From Rhizaria sp. SCN 62-66 (taxonomy: Eukaryota): 53,177 nucleotides of DNA. The stretch lies in assembly GCA_001724265.1 (NCBI GenBank), contig MEDY01000055.1, forward strand, positions 124,001-177,177. The letters are read 5' to 3'. Below are positions 10,352-21,323 of the stretch, in pieces. A program made the translations under genes and the position numbers. Each line of letters begins with the position of its first letter. The first letter of the stretch is position 1. The notes under the pieces were generated by a model. It was not told the origin of the DNA, did not search any database, and was given only the letters and a program-made list of their open reading frames with translations.

Positions 10352-13117
10352 TTAGAGCCTGGTGACAATGTTATCACGGTACATGCACTTGTTCTGCTCC
10401 GACAACAGCGTGAGAATCTCCTCCATCTCGTCCGCGGTAAAGGCCTCGACAGCCGCGCCGGCGCTGGAGTTAACTGCCGCGAGCACCTCATTGGCGTGCA
10501 GCTCGTCGGTGCGGCGGGTGCGGAACGCGCGGTTCATGAACGACGCGAACAGGCCCACGCGCGCCGCCTTCTCGCTCGGGTCGCGCTGGCTCGAGCGCGC
10601 GGAGCCCGTCGCGGAAGCGGCGCCGGAGCCCGTGGCGGGGGACGACGCGGCGCCGGCGGTGCGCGCGCCGCGGCGCAGCGGGGTCGAGGCCGCGGCGCGT
10701 GCGGAAGACGTCTTGCGCTTCGCGTCCTCGTCGTCCTCGTCGTCGTCGTCAGCGTCCATGTCCTTGTCGACGTCGTCGGCGGCGCGGGCGCGCTTGCCGC
10801 GGGGCACCGGGGAGGCCGTGTTGGCGGAGCCGGAGCCCGGCGGACGGCCGCGGCCGCGCGAGGGCGTCCCGGGGCTGGCGGGCGCGGCCTTGCCGCCGCG
10901 GGCGGGGGACTTGGGCGCGGGGCGCTTCTGCCCGCCGCGCTTGCCCTGGCTGCCGCTCTTGCCGTCGTCCTCCTCTTCCTCGTTGTCGCCGTTGCCTTCG
11001 CTTTCGTCATCGTCGTCGTCGTCATCGTCGTCCTCGGTGGAGGTGACATCGTCGTTGTAGTCGCTGTCATCGTCGCTCGACTCGTGCTCGGCGGGGCCGC
11101 CCATCGCGAGGATGGTGCCACGCACAAGCGCGAACGCGTGGCGGCAGTCCTCCTTAGTCACGACAAGCGAGAGACGCGCCTTGGCGTGCGCCGACGCGAG
11201 GCGAATCAGCGTCTCGAGCGCACGCGCCGTGACGGGCAGCGCACGGCGGTCGCTGCCGCCGCCAAGCCCGCCGCCGGGTGCCTTGGCCTCGTCACGCAGC
11301 TGCGCAAACTTCTCCTCAACGTAGGCCAGCGACTCGTCGTCCATGGTAGTGTTCTGGCAGCGCTCGCGCGCGTACTGAACGTACTTCTTGACGAAGCCGG
11401 TGGTGACGAGGTTCGTGATGACGCCGTTCGAGTGCTCCAGCCCAGGAATCGAGGCATGCAGGTTGCGGTCGTAACGCACATACACGTCGTTGTTCTTGCG
11501 GCCGCCCTCAAGGCGCTCCTCGTCCATCGCATTCTGCGTCGCGAAGGCCACGTCGTCATCGGTCTGCGTGGAGCGGTACCGGTGGTTGCTCAGCACGCGC
11601 AGCGCAATCGCGCGGTCCTTGGCGGCGTCGGCGTCGTCCGTTACAATAAAGAGCAGGTCGAAACGCGACAGCAGCGAGTCCTGGAGGCCGATATTGAAGT
11701 GTGGCGGACGCGAAGAGTCGTAGCGCCCGTAGACGGGGTTGGCGGCGGCCAGCACCGAGCAGCGCGCGTTGAGAGTCATGTGCAGGCCGGCCTTAGCGAT
11801 GGTGACGGTCTGCTGCTCCATCACTTCGTGGATGGCAACGCGGTCAAGATCGGACATCTTATCGAACTCATCGATGCAGACGACGCCGCGGTCAGCGAGC
11901 ACCATGGCGCCAGCCTCGAGGCGGCGCTCGCCAGTCTCGCGGTCAGTCGTCACGGCGGCGGTCAGACCGACGCCGGAGGAGCCGCGGCCAGTGGTGTTGA
12001 GCGCGAGAGGCGCAATGTGGAGCACGTAACGCAGCAACTGGGACTTAGCCGTCGAGGGGTCGCCGCACATGAGCACGTTGATGTCACCGCGGATGTGACC
12101 GCCGTTGTCGAGGTTGCGCTCGACACCGCCCAGCAGCATGAACAGCAGCGCGCGCTTGATATCATGGTGCCCATAGATGGACGGCGCGATAGAGCGCGAA
12201 AGAATGTCGATGGTCTTGGCGCCATGCTTCTGCTCGAAGGCGATCACCTTCTTGACGTCCTCCTCGGAGAGCTTGGCCGTGATCTGCGCCTGGCGCGTCA
12301 GCGACTGCACGCTCGTGGCGACAAGCAGCGTGCGGAAGAAAGCCGACGTCTCGCCCTGACCCTGCTGCTGCGAGATGGGCACGTACACACCGACGATCTG
12401 AATGCGGTCGCCTGGCTTGACCTTGTCGCAGAGGTCGCGCGCGAGCACGACGTCGACGGAGCAGGGCAGGTCGCCGGGCGGTGCGCGCTCGGGCATCTCC
12501 TGCACGGCCAGTGCCTGGCGGTCCTCGAACGTCGACAGGCCGAACTCGGCCGAGAGCGGGTTGCCGGCGTCGTCCTTGGTGGGGAACTGCGATGCCGTGG
12601 GGCGGCCGACCAGAGACGCCGAGTCGTGGAAGTTGAAGCGGTGCTGGCGGCCAGTGGCGATGCACGAGTAGACGGACTGGTTGAGCTTGGGGCGGATAGA
12701 GCCGAGCTTGGTGGCGACGCCCTCGACGCATACAAGCTGGCCCAGGCGCGTGGCGTTGAGGTCGCGCGGGGACACGCGGTTGGCGCCGAACGCACCTTCG
12801 AAGCCGACGGAGAAGGCGACCTTGTCGATCAGGATATTGGCGTGGTGCACCTGGATAAACTTGGACAGGGCGTCCTCAAAGGGCGCGATGTAGGCGAGCG
12901 GGCGCGCGATGATGTTGGCCATGGGGTCGGGCAGCACGCCAGCCAAGTCGGGGTCGTTGACCTGGACCAGGTAGCGCGTGGCGCCCGCGGCGAGCATGTC
13001 CGTGAACACATTGGGGTTCTTGGCCAGCTTGATGCGCAGGAAGTCTGTGAAAGCACTGCTCGTGTCCTGAAAGGACTGACTCTCCTTGTTGAAGTAGTCC
13101 TCGTTGGCGTTCTCCAT
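10352..13117 (-). CDS. MCM3: DNA replication licensing factor MCM3 (intronless)
   Basis: GDPSTAKSQLL Walker A; GRGSSGVGLTAAVTTDRETGERRLEAGAMVLADRGVVCIDEFDKM; SRFD Arg finger; TARALETLIRLASAHAK; acidic linker and C-terminal winged helix. Confidence 0.96.
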   Translation of the reverse strand: MENANEDYFNKESQSFQDTSSAFTDFLRIKLAKNPNVFTDMLAAGATRYLVQVNDPDLAGVLPDPMANIIARPLAYIAPFEDALSKFIQVHHANILIDKVAFSVGFEGAFGANRVSPRDLNATRLGQLVCVEGVATKLGSIRPKLNQSVYSCIATGRQHRFNFHDSASLVGRPTASQFPTKDDAGNPLSAEFGLSTFEDRQALAVQEMPERAPPGDLPCSVDVVLARDLCDKVKPGDRIQIVGVYVPISQQQGQGETSAFFRTLLVATSVQSLTRQAQITAKLSEEDVKKVIAFEQKHGAKTIDILSRSIAPSIYGHHDIKRALLFMLLGGVERNLDNGGHIRGDINVLMCGDPSTAKSQLLRYVLHIAPLALNTTGRGSSGVGLTAAVTTDRETGERRLEAGAMVLADRGVVCIDEFDKMSDLDRVAIHEVMEQQTVTIAKAGLHMTLNARCSVLAAANPVYGRYDSSRPPHFNIGLQDSLLSRFDLLFIVTDDADAAKDRAIALRVLSNHRYRSTQTDDDVAFATQNAMDEERLEGGRKNNDVYVRYDRNLHASIPGLEHSNGVITNLVTTGFVKKYVQYARERCQNTTMDDESLAYVEEKFAQLRDEAKAPGGGLGGGSDRRALPVTARALETLIRLASAHAKARLSLVVTKEDCRHAFALVRGTILAMGGPAEHESSDDDSDYNDDVTSTEDDDDDDDDDESEGNGDNEEEEDDGKSGSQGKRGGQKRPAPKSPARGGKAAPASPGTPSRGRGRPPGSGSANTASPVPRGKRARAADDVDKDMDADDDDEDDEDAKRKTSSARAAASTPLRRGARTAGAASSPATGSGAASATGSARSSQRDPSEKAARVGLFASFMNRAFRTRRTDELHANEVLAAVNSSAGAAVEAFTADEMEEILTLLSEQNKCMYRDNIVTRL

Positions 13118-13350
13118 CGTGTGCGCGGCGTCAAGTCTTGTGAATCAAGGGAGGAGGGGACGAGCGGTCGCGATCGAGGCTCAGGAGCGCCGAAAAGAAA
13201 GGGAAACGCTAAAAAGCGGCAAGGTGGCCAAATTAAGAGGAGGTTTTTCTGATCCACTGGCTAAGTGATGCTAGAAGTAGCGGTAGAGGGGGGAAAGCTG
13301 AAGGGAGCGGGACGAGAGGGGTTTGCGATTAGAGAGGATCGGCGGGGTGC

Positions 13351-13358
13351 GCGGCAAA
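13351..13358 (-). promoter_or_regulatory. Candidate E2F-type site upstream of MCM3
   Basis: TTTGCCGC on the minus strand fits TTTSSCGC, about 235 bp upstream of the MCM3 ATG. MCM genes are classic E2F targets, but an 8-mer can occur by chance. Confidence 0.3.
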
Positions 13359-13814
13359 GTAGTGTGTGAGCTATGTCGTTAGTTTTTTGAAAGGTTTCAA
13401 ATAGATTCAGATATTTCCTCAAATGTTAGTATGCAAACAAAAATAAGCAAGCATAACAACGTTAAGATCACATCGAAATCATCCGTCAAAGTTGGTTCGG
13501 CAGTCGTGCTTTCTTGCGCCTCTCGCTCGGTCGACCAACGAAACCCTTTTCTGCTCACAGTCATGAAGTGTGAAGCTACCTGCGACGACCTACACTAGTG
13601 CTCTAGCTCCACATAGATACCACTTTTAGAAATAAAACGTTTGAACATGAAAATGTTGTATTATTGTACATTTGAATCCGAATAAAATAGATAAATCTCT
13701 ACACAAAAGACATCAAACACTTTACTTGACAGAAACACCAACCGAGAGCAAACTTTGTGTGAGGCACAAGAGCAATGCGTCCTCAATTGGTTCGTGAGCG
13801 CTGTCTACACTTCT

Positions 13815-16700
13815 TTAAAGCACGATCTTCCTGGCGGTGGGGTCCGTCGCGGCCGCCGCCTCCGAAGCCGCGATGGCGTCGGCGTCCTGCGTGACGTACG
13901 ACGGCAGCGTCGCCGTGGTGCCCGCCACCACAGTCACGTACTGCATGCCGCTGCCGCTGCCGCTGCCCGCGCCGGCGTTGCCCGCCTCCGCGGCGCCGGC
14001 CTCGGCACCGGTGTCGCCGACGCGCGTGAGCTTCTCGGCGGCCTCGCTGTGCTTCTTGAAGACGCGCGAAGCGGACATGTCGCGCCGGTCGTGCCGCGGC
14101 ACGTGCTGCTCGTCCTCCTGTGGCTGCCCCCAATAGTTGATGTCGTTGGCCCAGTGCAGCCACATCCACGTCGACTGCAGCGCCAGCTCGCGCGCGCACA
14201 GCTCCGAGTACACGTACTTCTCCTTGAACTCGGTGCGCTGCTTCAGCGTCGCCTCGTACTGCTCCTCCATCGTCGGCCGCACCTCGTGGAACTTCTTGTT
14301 CTTGACGGCGCGCGAGTTGATCTCGGTCGTCTTGAGGTCGTACGTGCGGAAGTGCACGCGATCCAGCAGCAGCCCCAGCGCGGGCGCCATCGGCACGCGG
14401 ATGCGTTCCTCCGTGAAGAGCGCCTCGGTGGCGCGGGGCGCGAGCGTGCCGCGGGCGAGCGCGACCGAGTAGCCGATCATCTTGCGGATCTGGTGCAACA
14501 TGAACGACTGGCCGTGGACGACCATGTGGACGAACTCGACGCCGTTCATGTAGAAGAAGCCCGTGGTGACGAACGAGTCGATGAAGCGGCGGCACGACGG
14601 GTCGCGCGGGTGCCGGCCCTTAGTCAGGTTGTGGTGGTTCTGCGACCCGATGAAGGTCTTGAGGATCCCGTCTACGCGCGCGCGCTCCGCCGGCGACATG
14701 CGGTACTCAAGCAGCTCGGGCGGGCACGCGGGGATGCCGATCTCCGCGAGTGAGGCGCGCACCATCTCAGCCAGCGACTGCACCTCGCCTTGCTCCTCCT
14801 GCTCGGCCGCGGCGGCCGCGGCGGCGACGCCCGCGGCGGCCTCCTCGTCCGTCTTGTATCCGCTAAGGTCGTCGCCGCCGCGGCGCGCGGTCGCGGCGGC
14901 AGACTCGGAGAAGGCGTCGACAGTCTCCTTCTCGCCATCGCCGCCGTCGCTCGCGCCAGCGGCGTCCATCTTCTCCATCAGCTTCATGATCTGGTGCGTC
15001 GCCGCCGACAACGCCAGCTGCGGTCCCGCGGCTGAGGCGGCGGCGCGCGCGGCGGCCTCTGCGGCGGCGGCCTCGCGGGCGTCGACGACGGGGATCTCGT
15101 CGCTGTCGGCGACGGCCGTGACGGCGGCGGCGACGACCCCCGAGGTCGCGGACGCCGCCGCCGCGCGCGCCGACTCATCGGCCGCGGCGAAGGTCTCGGA
15201 CAGCGGTGGCACGGCGGCGAGCATGGCGGCGTGGAGCCCGGGCGGGTACTGCGCCACGGGCACGAAGGCAAAAGACGGGATGATGTACTCGTAGGTGCGC
15301 GAGGTGGCGCACAGCTTCGAGTCGAAGGTCGATGATACGCGGTCCACGCGCAGCACCTGGACCTGCGCCGGCAGGAAGGCGTTGATGCGCGCGCACATGG
15401 TCTCGGACGCGTACTCGGCGTCGATCAGCACGGAATGCTTCCACGAGAGCTCCTCCTTGAGGCGCGCCACGGTGGTGACGGCGGTGCGGACCAGCGGCGT
15501 CTGAACCTTGATGCGGACCGGGATCGTGTCGATGTACACCACCGTGCCGGGCGCAGTGCGCGTCGCTGACTCAGCAGTCGCAGGCGCAGTCTCGGTGCTC
15601 TCAGCAGTAGAGTCGGTCATAGCGGGAGCGTTCTCCGTGTTGCTGCTGCTGGGCAGAGGGAGGATGACGTCGGCGGCCTCGTAGGCAGCGAGCTCTTGCT
15701 TGAAGTCCTCGGGCTGCGCGTCCTTGACCTGCTGCGCGAGCTTCCTGATCTCGGCGCGCACCTCTGCCTCGCGGGCGTCGAACTCCGCCTGCTTCTCGGG
15801 CGGCATCAGCGCGTCGTCGGGCACGGTCATCTTGAGAGACACCACGTTGCCGGCCGCGTGCACGCCCTTGTCGGTGCGTGCAGCGCGCGACCAGCGGACC
15901 TTGGGCAGGTCGTTGTGGTTGTCCTCGGTGAGGAACCCGGCTTTGAAGATGGCGTTCTCCAGGTCGCCCTCAATGGTGCGCGTGCCTGGGTTGATCTGCA
16001 GCCCCTTGTAGCCCGTCCCGCGGTACGCCAGCAGCAGACACATTTTGAGCTTGCGGTTCTTGCCCTCGTCCTCGCCGCGCTCGCGCGGGGGCCGGTTGAT
16101 CTCACCCAGCGGCGCGTTGGGGTCACGTTCACGGTCTTCGCCGCCGTTGCCGCGGGCCGAACGGTCACGGGGCGTCCAGTCCTGGTTGCGGTTCAGCCGG
16201 GCCTCGTACGCCGCGCTGCGCTTCTCGCGACGCACGAACGGAGCAGTGCTGCTGTTGCCGTTGCCGCCTTCGGTGTTGTTGGGGTCGGAGGTGCGGGCAG
16301 CACCACGGTCGCCGCGGCCGCCGCCGTGGCCGCCGCGACCGCGACCGCCGGGACGACCGCCGCGGCGGTTATTGTTGTTGTTGTAGTCGCGGGCGTCTTT
16401 GGCGGCGTCGGTGCCCTTGAACCAGCCAGAGGTCGTGTCGCTACTGCTGGGGATCCCGGAGGCGTCAGAAGAAGATGAGGACTGGTCGGAAGACATGGTG
16501 CGGAGAGGATTCGAGAAGAGAAGAGTGCGAAACGAGGCGGAAGTCAACGAACTCGAACGCTGGGTGCTAAAGAAGAGACTGCGTAGACTGCGACTACTGC
16601 TGCTGTTGCAAGCACTGGCGAAAGGCTGTGCAGGGGTAAGGGCGGGGCAAGCGACTTTAGAAGCAGAGATACGGAGATTCGCGAGAGCTCGATTCAGCAT
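13815..16700 (-). CDS. PUS1: tRNA pseudouridine synthase, TruA/Pus1 family (intronless)
   Basis: LLAYRGTGYKGLQIN...TIEGDLENA; RAARTDKGVHAAGNVVSLK with the catalytic Asp; SRTYEYIIP; GQSFMLHQIRKMIG; PMAPALGLLL. Confidence 0.93.
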   Translation of the reverse strand: MLNRALANLRISASKVACPALTPAQPFASACNSSSSRSLRSLFFSTQRSSSLTSASFRTLLFSNPLRTMSSDQSSSSSDASGIPSSSDTTSGWFKGTDAAKDARDYNNNNNRRGGRPGGRGRGGHGGGRGDRGAARTSDPNNTEGGNGNSSTAPFVRREKRSAAYEARLNRNQDWTPRDRSARGNGGEDRERDPNAPLGEINRPPRERGEDEGKNRKLKMCLLLAYRGTGYKGLQINPGTRTIEGDLENAIFKAGFLTEDNHNDLPKVRWSRAARTDKGVHAAGNVVSLKMTVPDDALMPPEKQAEFDAREAEVRAEIRKLAQQVKDAQPEDFKQELAAYEAADVILPLPSSSNTENAPAMTDSTAESTETAPATAESATRTAPGTVVYIDTIPVRIKVQTPLVRTAVTTVARLKEELSWKHSVLIDAEYASETMCARINAFLPAQVQVLRVDRVSSTFDSKLCATSRTYEYIIPSFAFVPVAQYPPGLHAAMLAAVPPLSETFAAADESARAAAASATSGVVAAAVTAVADSDEIPVVDAREAAAAEAAARAAASAAGPQLALSAATHQIMKLMEKMDAAGASDGGDGEKETVDAFSESAAATARRGGDDLSGYKTDEEAAAGVAAAAAAAEQEEQGEVQSLAEMVRASLAEIGIPACPPELLEYRMSPAERARVDGILKTFIGSQNHHNLTKGRHPRDPSCRRFIDSFVTTGFFYMNGVEFVHMVVHGQSFMLHQIRKMIGYSVALARGTLAPRATEALFTEERIRVPMAPALGLLLDRVHFRTYDLKTTEINSRAVKNKKFHEVRPTMEEQYEATLKQRTEFKEKYVYSELCARELALQSTWMWLHWANDINYWGQPQEDEQHVPRHDRRDMSASRVFKKHSEAAEKLTRVGDTGAEAGAAEAGNAGAGSGSGSGMQYVTVVAGTTATLPSYVTQDADAIAASEAAAATDPTARKIVL

Positions 16701-17108
16701 ACACGCGGGGCGATGCGAAAAGAGAAAGACGCGTAAGGCCTAGGTCGCAATGAGAGAGCAAGCAACACGCATAAAGCAGTCAGGTCAGAGGGTGCGGCGG
16801 AGTGAACAAGGCGCGAGATATAGCGGTGCTACAGAAGGCACAGTTGCATTCGCATGTAATAAAACAAGTTATCTATGTGAATACAAGAGTGTTGTGGCAG
16901 TTGACGATGAAAACCTGCTCCTTTATCTGTTTGCCGAAAGGCGAAATCGAGGTCTCGACTGCGACCAGCTCACGGACCGAAAAAAAATGGAGCCAAAGCG
17001 GGGCGGTTTGGTTCGATCGGGGAAACAATTGCTGCGACTGCCACCGTCCGTCAAGATAAATGTTAGCCTTTGTTTCGTGAGAATCTAACTGTAAGCATAT
17101 AGACCACA

Positions 17109-18024
17109 ATGGTACGTTTTCATCTGCGCCATTTATCACGTCCAAACACAACCTTGAATCACTCCGCTCGACTGCAAGATTCGTCGTCTGACTCAATCGG
17201 CACGCGCCCTCTCCCTCCTTGCATCTCACTTCCATTGACCCTTATACCACATGATGTACTCATTTTACGTTTCACTTTACAGTCTGGCAACCTTGATAAC
17301 GCTGCTGCGTTCAACAAGCTCCGTGTACGTCGCCCTTGAATCCCAGCGTCGCTCGTCTTAACTACGGCTCCACTTACTCCTCTCATCCCGTAGATACCAC
17401 ATATCATTGCATAGCGCTATAGACTTCACATATGTTATATGGAAGTCTATCATTAGCTCATTTAAATTGCCCTTATCTGTGGATACGTTTGTTATTTTCG
17501 TGATATCGTGCCTCGCAGACGAACAAGCTCCGCTACGTGATCTACCGTCTCAACGACCGCGTTCCTTTCGTTGAGGCCGTCGGCGAGACTTCCTCGACGT
17601 GGAAGCACCTCCGCAGCGAGCTGTCCGACACCAAGCCCGCGTATGTGATCTACAACTACGAGTTTGTTACTCCTGACGGCCGCAAGACTTCCAAGTACGT
17701 TTCCCCCTTCATCACATCCGATCCCCCACTGTCACCACTTTCGTCGATATATTTCCACTAACTTTGTCCTTTTTGTAACCTCTGCAATATATTGTGGGTA
17801 CACTTGTTTTCTAATTGAATTCTTTCTCTTATATGCTTCCGCTTTGTTTTGCGCGTGCTAGGATGTACTTCCTGTACTGGAAGCCGACCAACACGCCCCA
17901 GGTGGAGCGCATTGTGTACGCGCAGTACCTGCCCACGTTCAAGCCTGAGTTCCCCGGCACGCTCTACTTCGAGCTCGAGGACGAGGAGGAGCTCGAGAAC
18001 ATGCTCCACGAGGAGCAGTTCTAA
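17109..18024 (+). CDS. ADF-H domain protein (ADF/cofilin or GMF-like); exons 17109-17111, 17283-17324, 17519-17694, 17862-18024
   Basis: Spliced product MSGNLDNAAAFNKLRTNKLRYVIYRL...ELSDTKPAYVIYNYEFVTPDGRKTSKMYFLYWKP...IVYA matches the ADF-H pattern; three GTACGT...AG introns. Confidence 0.88.
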
Positions 18025-18521
18025 GTCGCATTCGCTGCAGTAGGATGAGGCGAGCGATGGGAGGGAGGAGGCGTTGTGAGGTTTGGGTGTTATGATCGTT
18101 GATTGCTATGATTTTATCTTGCTCCTGTGCTATGTAGCATCAGTTTCAGATACTATTTCGGGTTACATGAGTGATGGATTCGCGACGGACTACGTTGCTT
18201 GTGTGCATGTTGCGGTTGTGAGTTTTACACAAATCTCCGGGCAGCGAGAGCAAGAAAACGAACTTCAAGTCAGTTACTAAAGGATTAGTAAGTGAATTCG
18301 AGCGGAACTACCATGTTTATATTGTAATACAATTTAACCGTACATTTGATCCGAGACTGTACTAGATATACCCTATGAAAATCCAAGATTTTAGTATTTC
18401 GGGTCGGGCATCGGTGACGACAGCGCGAGTGGGTCTGAGAGATGCCGAACTGAAAACTTAACAACCCGCTGTCAACTGGCCGCCAACGTTGCAATACACA
18501 CTAGATCCGATTTTTCTGCGA

Positions 18522-20102
18522 ATGGATATGTACTCTACATATTCAACACGCGACTTTTCGTTTCTTAAGCGCGAGGGTTGGCAGGGCGCAATGGCGCTCG
18601 TCGTTCTCAACTCGCCCCTCGACCCCGATGACGCTTTGTTCCCTGTTCTCTGGCAAAACTCAGTGCTTCGAGTTGCTGCTGACGGAGGCAGCGTGCGTAT
18701 TGCCTCATTAAACTCTGCGCGCGCTAAGCGCTCTACTAGCGTGGATCCTATTGCGGAGTACATTCCCGACGCAGTGGTGGGTGACATGGACTCAGCTCCG
18801 CCCGCTCTGCTGCGCCGTCTCAGCGCGCTCGGCGCCGATATTGTCACCATCGATGATCAGGATTCGACCGACTTCCACAAAGCTGTCTCCTACGTTATTG
18901 AGACCCGACGGCTTGGCACGCTCCCCCCGCTTTGCGCTGCTGTGTCCACCGCCGACGCCACTGCCTCTGCCACGCCCGCAGCTCTAACGACTGCATCAGC
19001 CGCTGATTGCTCCAGCAACACCCCCGTCAGCCTCATCGTGTGCTACGGCGCGTTTGGCGGCCGCTTTGATCAGCAGTTGTCGTGTCTGAGCGCTCTGTAC
19101 GCCCACGCCGCGGCCCCCGCCCCCGCGAGATCGGCCCCCGGCCCCGCCACAGCGACCGACTGCTCTGCTGCCTCGGCCTCTGAGGACGCTGCTGCGGGGA
19201 CCGGTGCGTCTGCGCTGCTGCCGAAGCCGCGGTTGGTGTTGATGGGCGACGGCAACGTGGCCGAGCTGCTGGCCCCGGGCGCGCACTGCATCCTCATGCC
19301 CCACATGCCACAGCAACCGACGCAGCAGCAACACAAACGCGCGTGCGAACAGCCACCGTTTCAGCAGGCGCCGCAGGCTGAGAACGACAGCGAGTGCGAG
19401 AGCGAGTGCGAGTGGAACCAAGACGAGCAGGTACATGACGAAGGCATCTACTGCGGTTTCATGCCACTTTATTCGCAACAACCTGCGCCCCAAGGCTGCC
19501 AGCGCTCACATTCGCAGTCGCAATCGCACTGCCCTCAGGCACATGCATGTGGCTCAGAGTCGCAGTTGCAGTCGCAGTCGCACTGCTCGCAGGCACCGCT
19601 GGTCGTGACCAGTGGGTTCAAGTGGGACGTGGGCACCGAGTCCGCCGTGGCGGCATTGCGCAGCACACTCACGGTCACAAATGCGTCCACAGTCACTGAT
19701 AGCGTTGGCTGTGATGCGACGGCTGCGTTTGTTGCAACCCTGCAGCAACACTGGCCTACAACTGATAACGCTAACAACAACGCCAACATCAACACCGCCG
19801 CCTCAGACGGAGCTATTCCTGCGTGTGCTACTAACGTGCCCATCGGCAGGCCCCCGCGCTCCGGCGCCGACTGCGTCATCAACGCGTTCGCGCGCAGTTT
19901 TGGTGCCGAAATGCGCCTCGGAGGCCTGATCAGCACTAGCAACCGCCTCCCACCCCCGCATGCGACTGTGAGCAGCGTGGACGGTGACGGCCGCGCGCCT
20001 CTGGCGACTGCGGACTCTGAGCAGGTGACTGTGAGCACTGCGGGCGTTGTAACGACACACCCGCTGCTGTGGACGGCGGCCGTGGGAAGCAAGAAACGGT
20101 GA
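18522..20102 (+). CDS. TPK1: Thiamine pyrophosphokinase with large low-complexity insertions (intronless; start ATG 18522 or 18528)
   Basis: LVVLN; VAADGG; PDAVVGDMDS; DQDSTDFHKA; GAFGGRFDQ; CGFMPL; TSGFKWD; GGLISTSN. Confidence 0.9.
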   Translation: MDMYSTYSTRDFSFLKREGWQGAMALVVLNSPLDPDDALFPVLWQNSVLRVAADGGSVRIASLNSARAKRSTSVDPIAEYIPDAVVGDMDSAPPALLRRLSALGADIVTIDDQDSTDFHKAVSYVIETRRLGTLPPLCAAVSTADATASATPAALTTASAADCSSNTPVSLIVCYGAFGGRFDQQLSCLSALYAHAAAPAPARSAPGPATATDCSAASASEDAAAGTGASALLPKPRLVLMGDGNVAELLAPGAHCILMPHMPQQPTQQQHKRACEQPPFQQAPQAENDSECESECEWNQDEQVHDEGIYCGFMPLYSQQPAPQGCQRSHSQSQSHCPQAHACGSESQLQSQSHCSQAPLVVTSGFKWDVGTESAVAALRSTLTVTNASTVTDSVGCDATAAFVATLQQHWPTTDNANNNANINTAASDGAIPACATNVPIGRPPRSGADCVINAFARSFGAEMRLGGLISTSNRLPPPHATVSSVDGDGRAPLATADSEQVTVSTAGVVTTHPLLWTAAVGSKKR

Positions 20103-21323
20103 AAGTGACGACGAAGACTGAAAAACAAGTTTTTCGATCAACAACTGTGACAAGCGACTGCTCGCGACAAGTTTTTATTTTACTGATACTTAGCCATGCG
20201 ATGTTTGTTTCATTCTTATTGTTCTCATTTGTGACTCTGATGTGATTCACTTATTGCAGACAATACAATATATCTCTTAACACACGCAATTCAACATAGG
20301 CTCTTTTTTTTACTGCCTAACACGATGATCACTGAACTTCTTTCGGCGCTTCCAACGTCTCTCGACGATTGCAGGAATTGCCTTGCGTTGCGCGACGCTC
20401 CGTTTGAACCTATGACGCCTCAAGTCTAGAAGTGTCATTTGCAACGCGGCGTATCGCATCACCTCAGACATGCACAACACGCACTCACATGTTCGACCTT
20501 AAGGCTGCTAGTGGTGGTGTTGAGACATGGGCTGCCGAAGATGTGCGAGCTGGCTCAACCTATCAATGATGCGAGCGATAAAGAATGAAGAGGAATTACA
20601 GCGGAATTTTGTTTAACTTCGACTTGCAGAGATATTAATTTTCAATGTGTTGATGAGTGCGAAGTGGATTTCAAGTCATGACAGGTGACCGACCTTTACG
20701 GTTCGTTCATGATCACTGATGTTTTGCTCACGACCCAAACGCAACATGGTTTCCTGGCGTTCTTAAGGTGTTTTCTTATAATACACACGTAAACGTATGG
20801 CTACCGGTTTGCGACGATTAAGAAGCGTGGAAAACATTTGAGTGATAGGTTGATGCGAGGGGAGAGGGTCAGCTTAAGTGCAGTTCGTGAAACCTGATCG
20901 TTTTTACAATTGAGAATCCAGAATCAGACTCATGAAATAATGTGTGTCTTATCCCCAAATCAAAAGGCGCATGTGTGACTTGTATTTCTTTTTTGGATCT
21001 CATGTAATTATTTACAACCACGTAATTGACAAAGTGATGATCTTCTGCAACTTAAACAAATCAGTTGTCCAAGTGCATTGCTCCCCAGGTCACATGCTGC
21101 TCCAAAAATGAGAGTTTGTTTTCGACGGATTCAACTGTTTCTTCATTCTGGCAATAACACTCTCTAGCAACCCTGATGGTGGCTTACACCAATCGACTCA
21201 AAAGGTCGAAACGTGCGTGTCACAAGTGGGTGGGTTCTGCATATGTTCACTGCAAAGCGCTTAGCAAAGAAGTGGCTGAGCGAAAACGAAACGGAAACAT
21301 CATGTAATTATCCCCCAAGCATA

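Noticed and set aside
10325..13252. 975-aa plus-strand ORF antisense to MCM3
   Set aside because: Shadow ORF: GC3-biased sense codons rarely create antisense stops, and it has no recognisable motifs
20651..20720. TGATGA...CTGA segment resembling a C/D snoRNA with partial complementarity to SSU rRNA (AUCAAGAACGAA)
   Set aside because: No terminal stem, the guide is interrupted by a mismatch, and the box spacing does not fit the known target
20889..20900. GAAACCTGATCG resembling the 3' half of a TPP riboswitch downstream of TPK
   Set aside because: No upstream CUGAGA/P2 and no P5-GCG-P1 continuation
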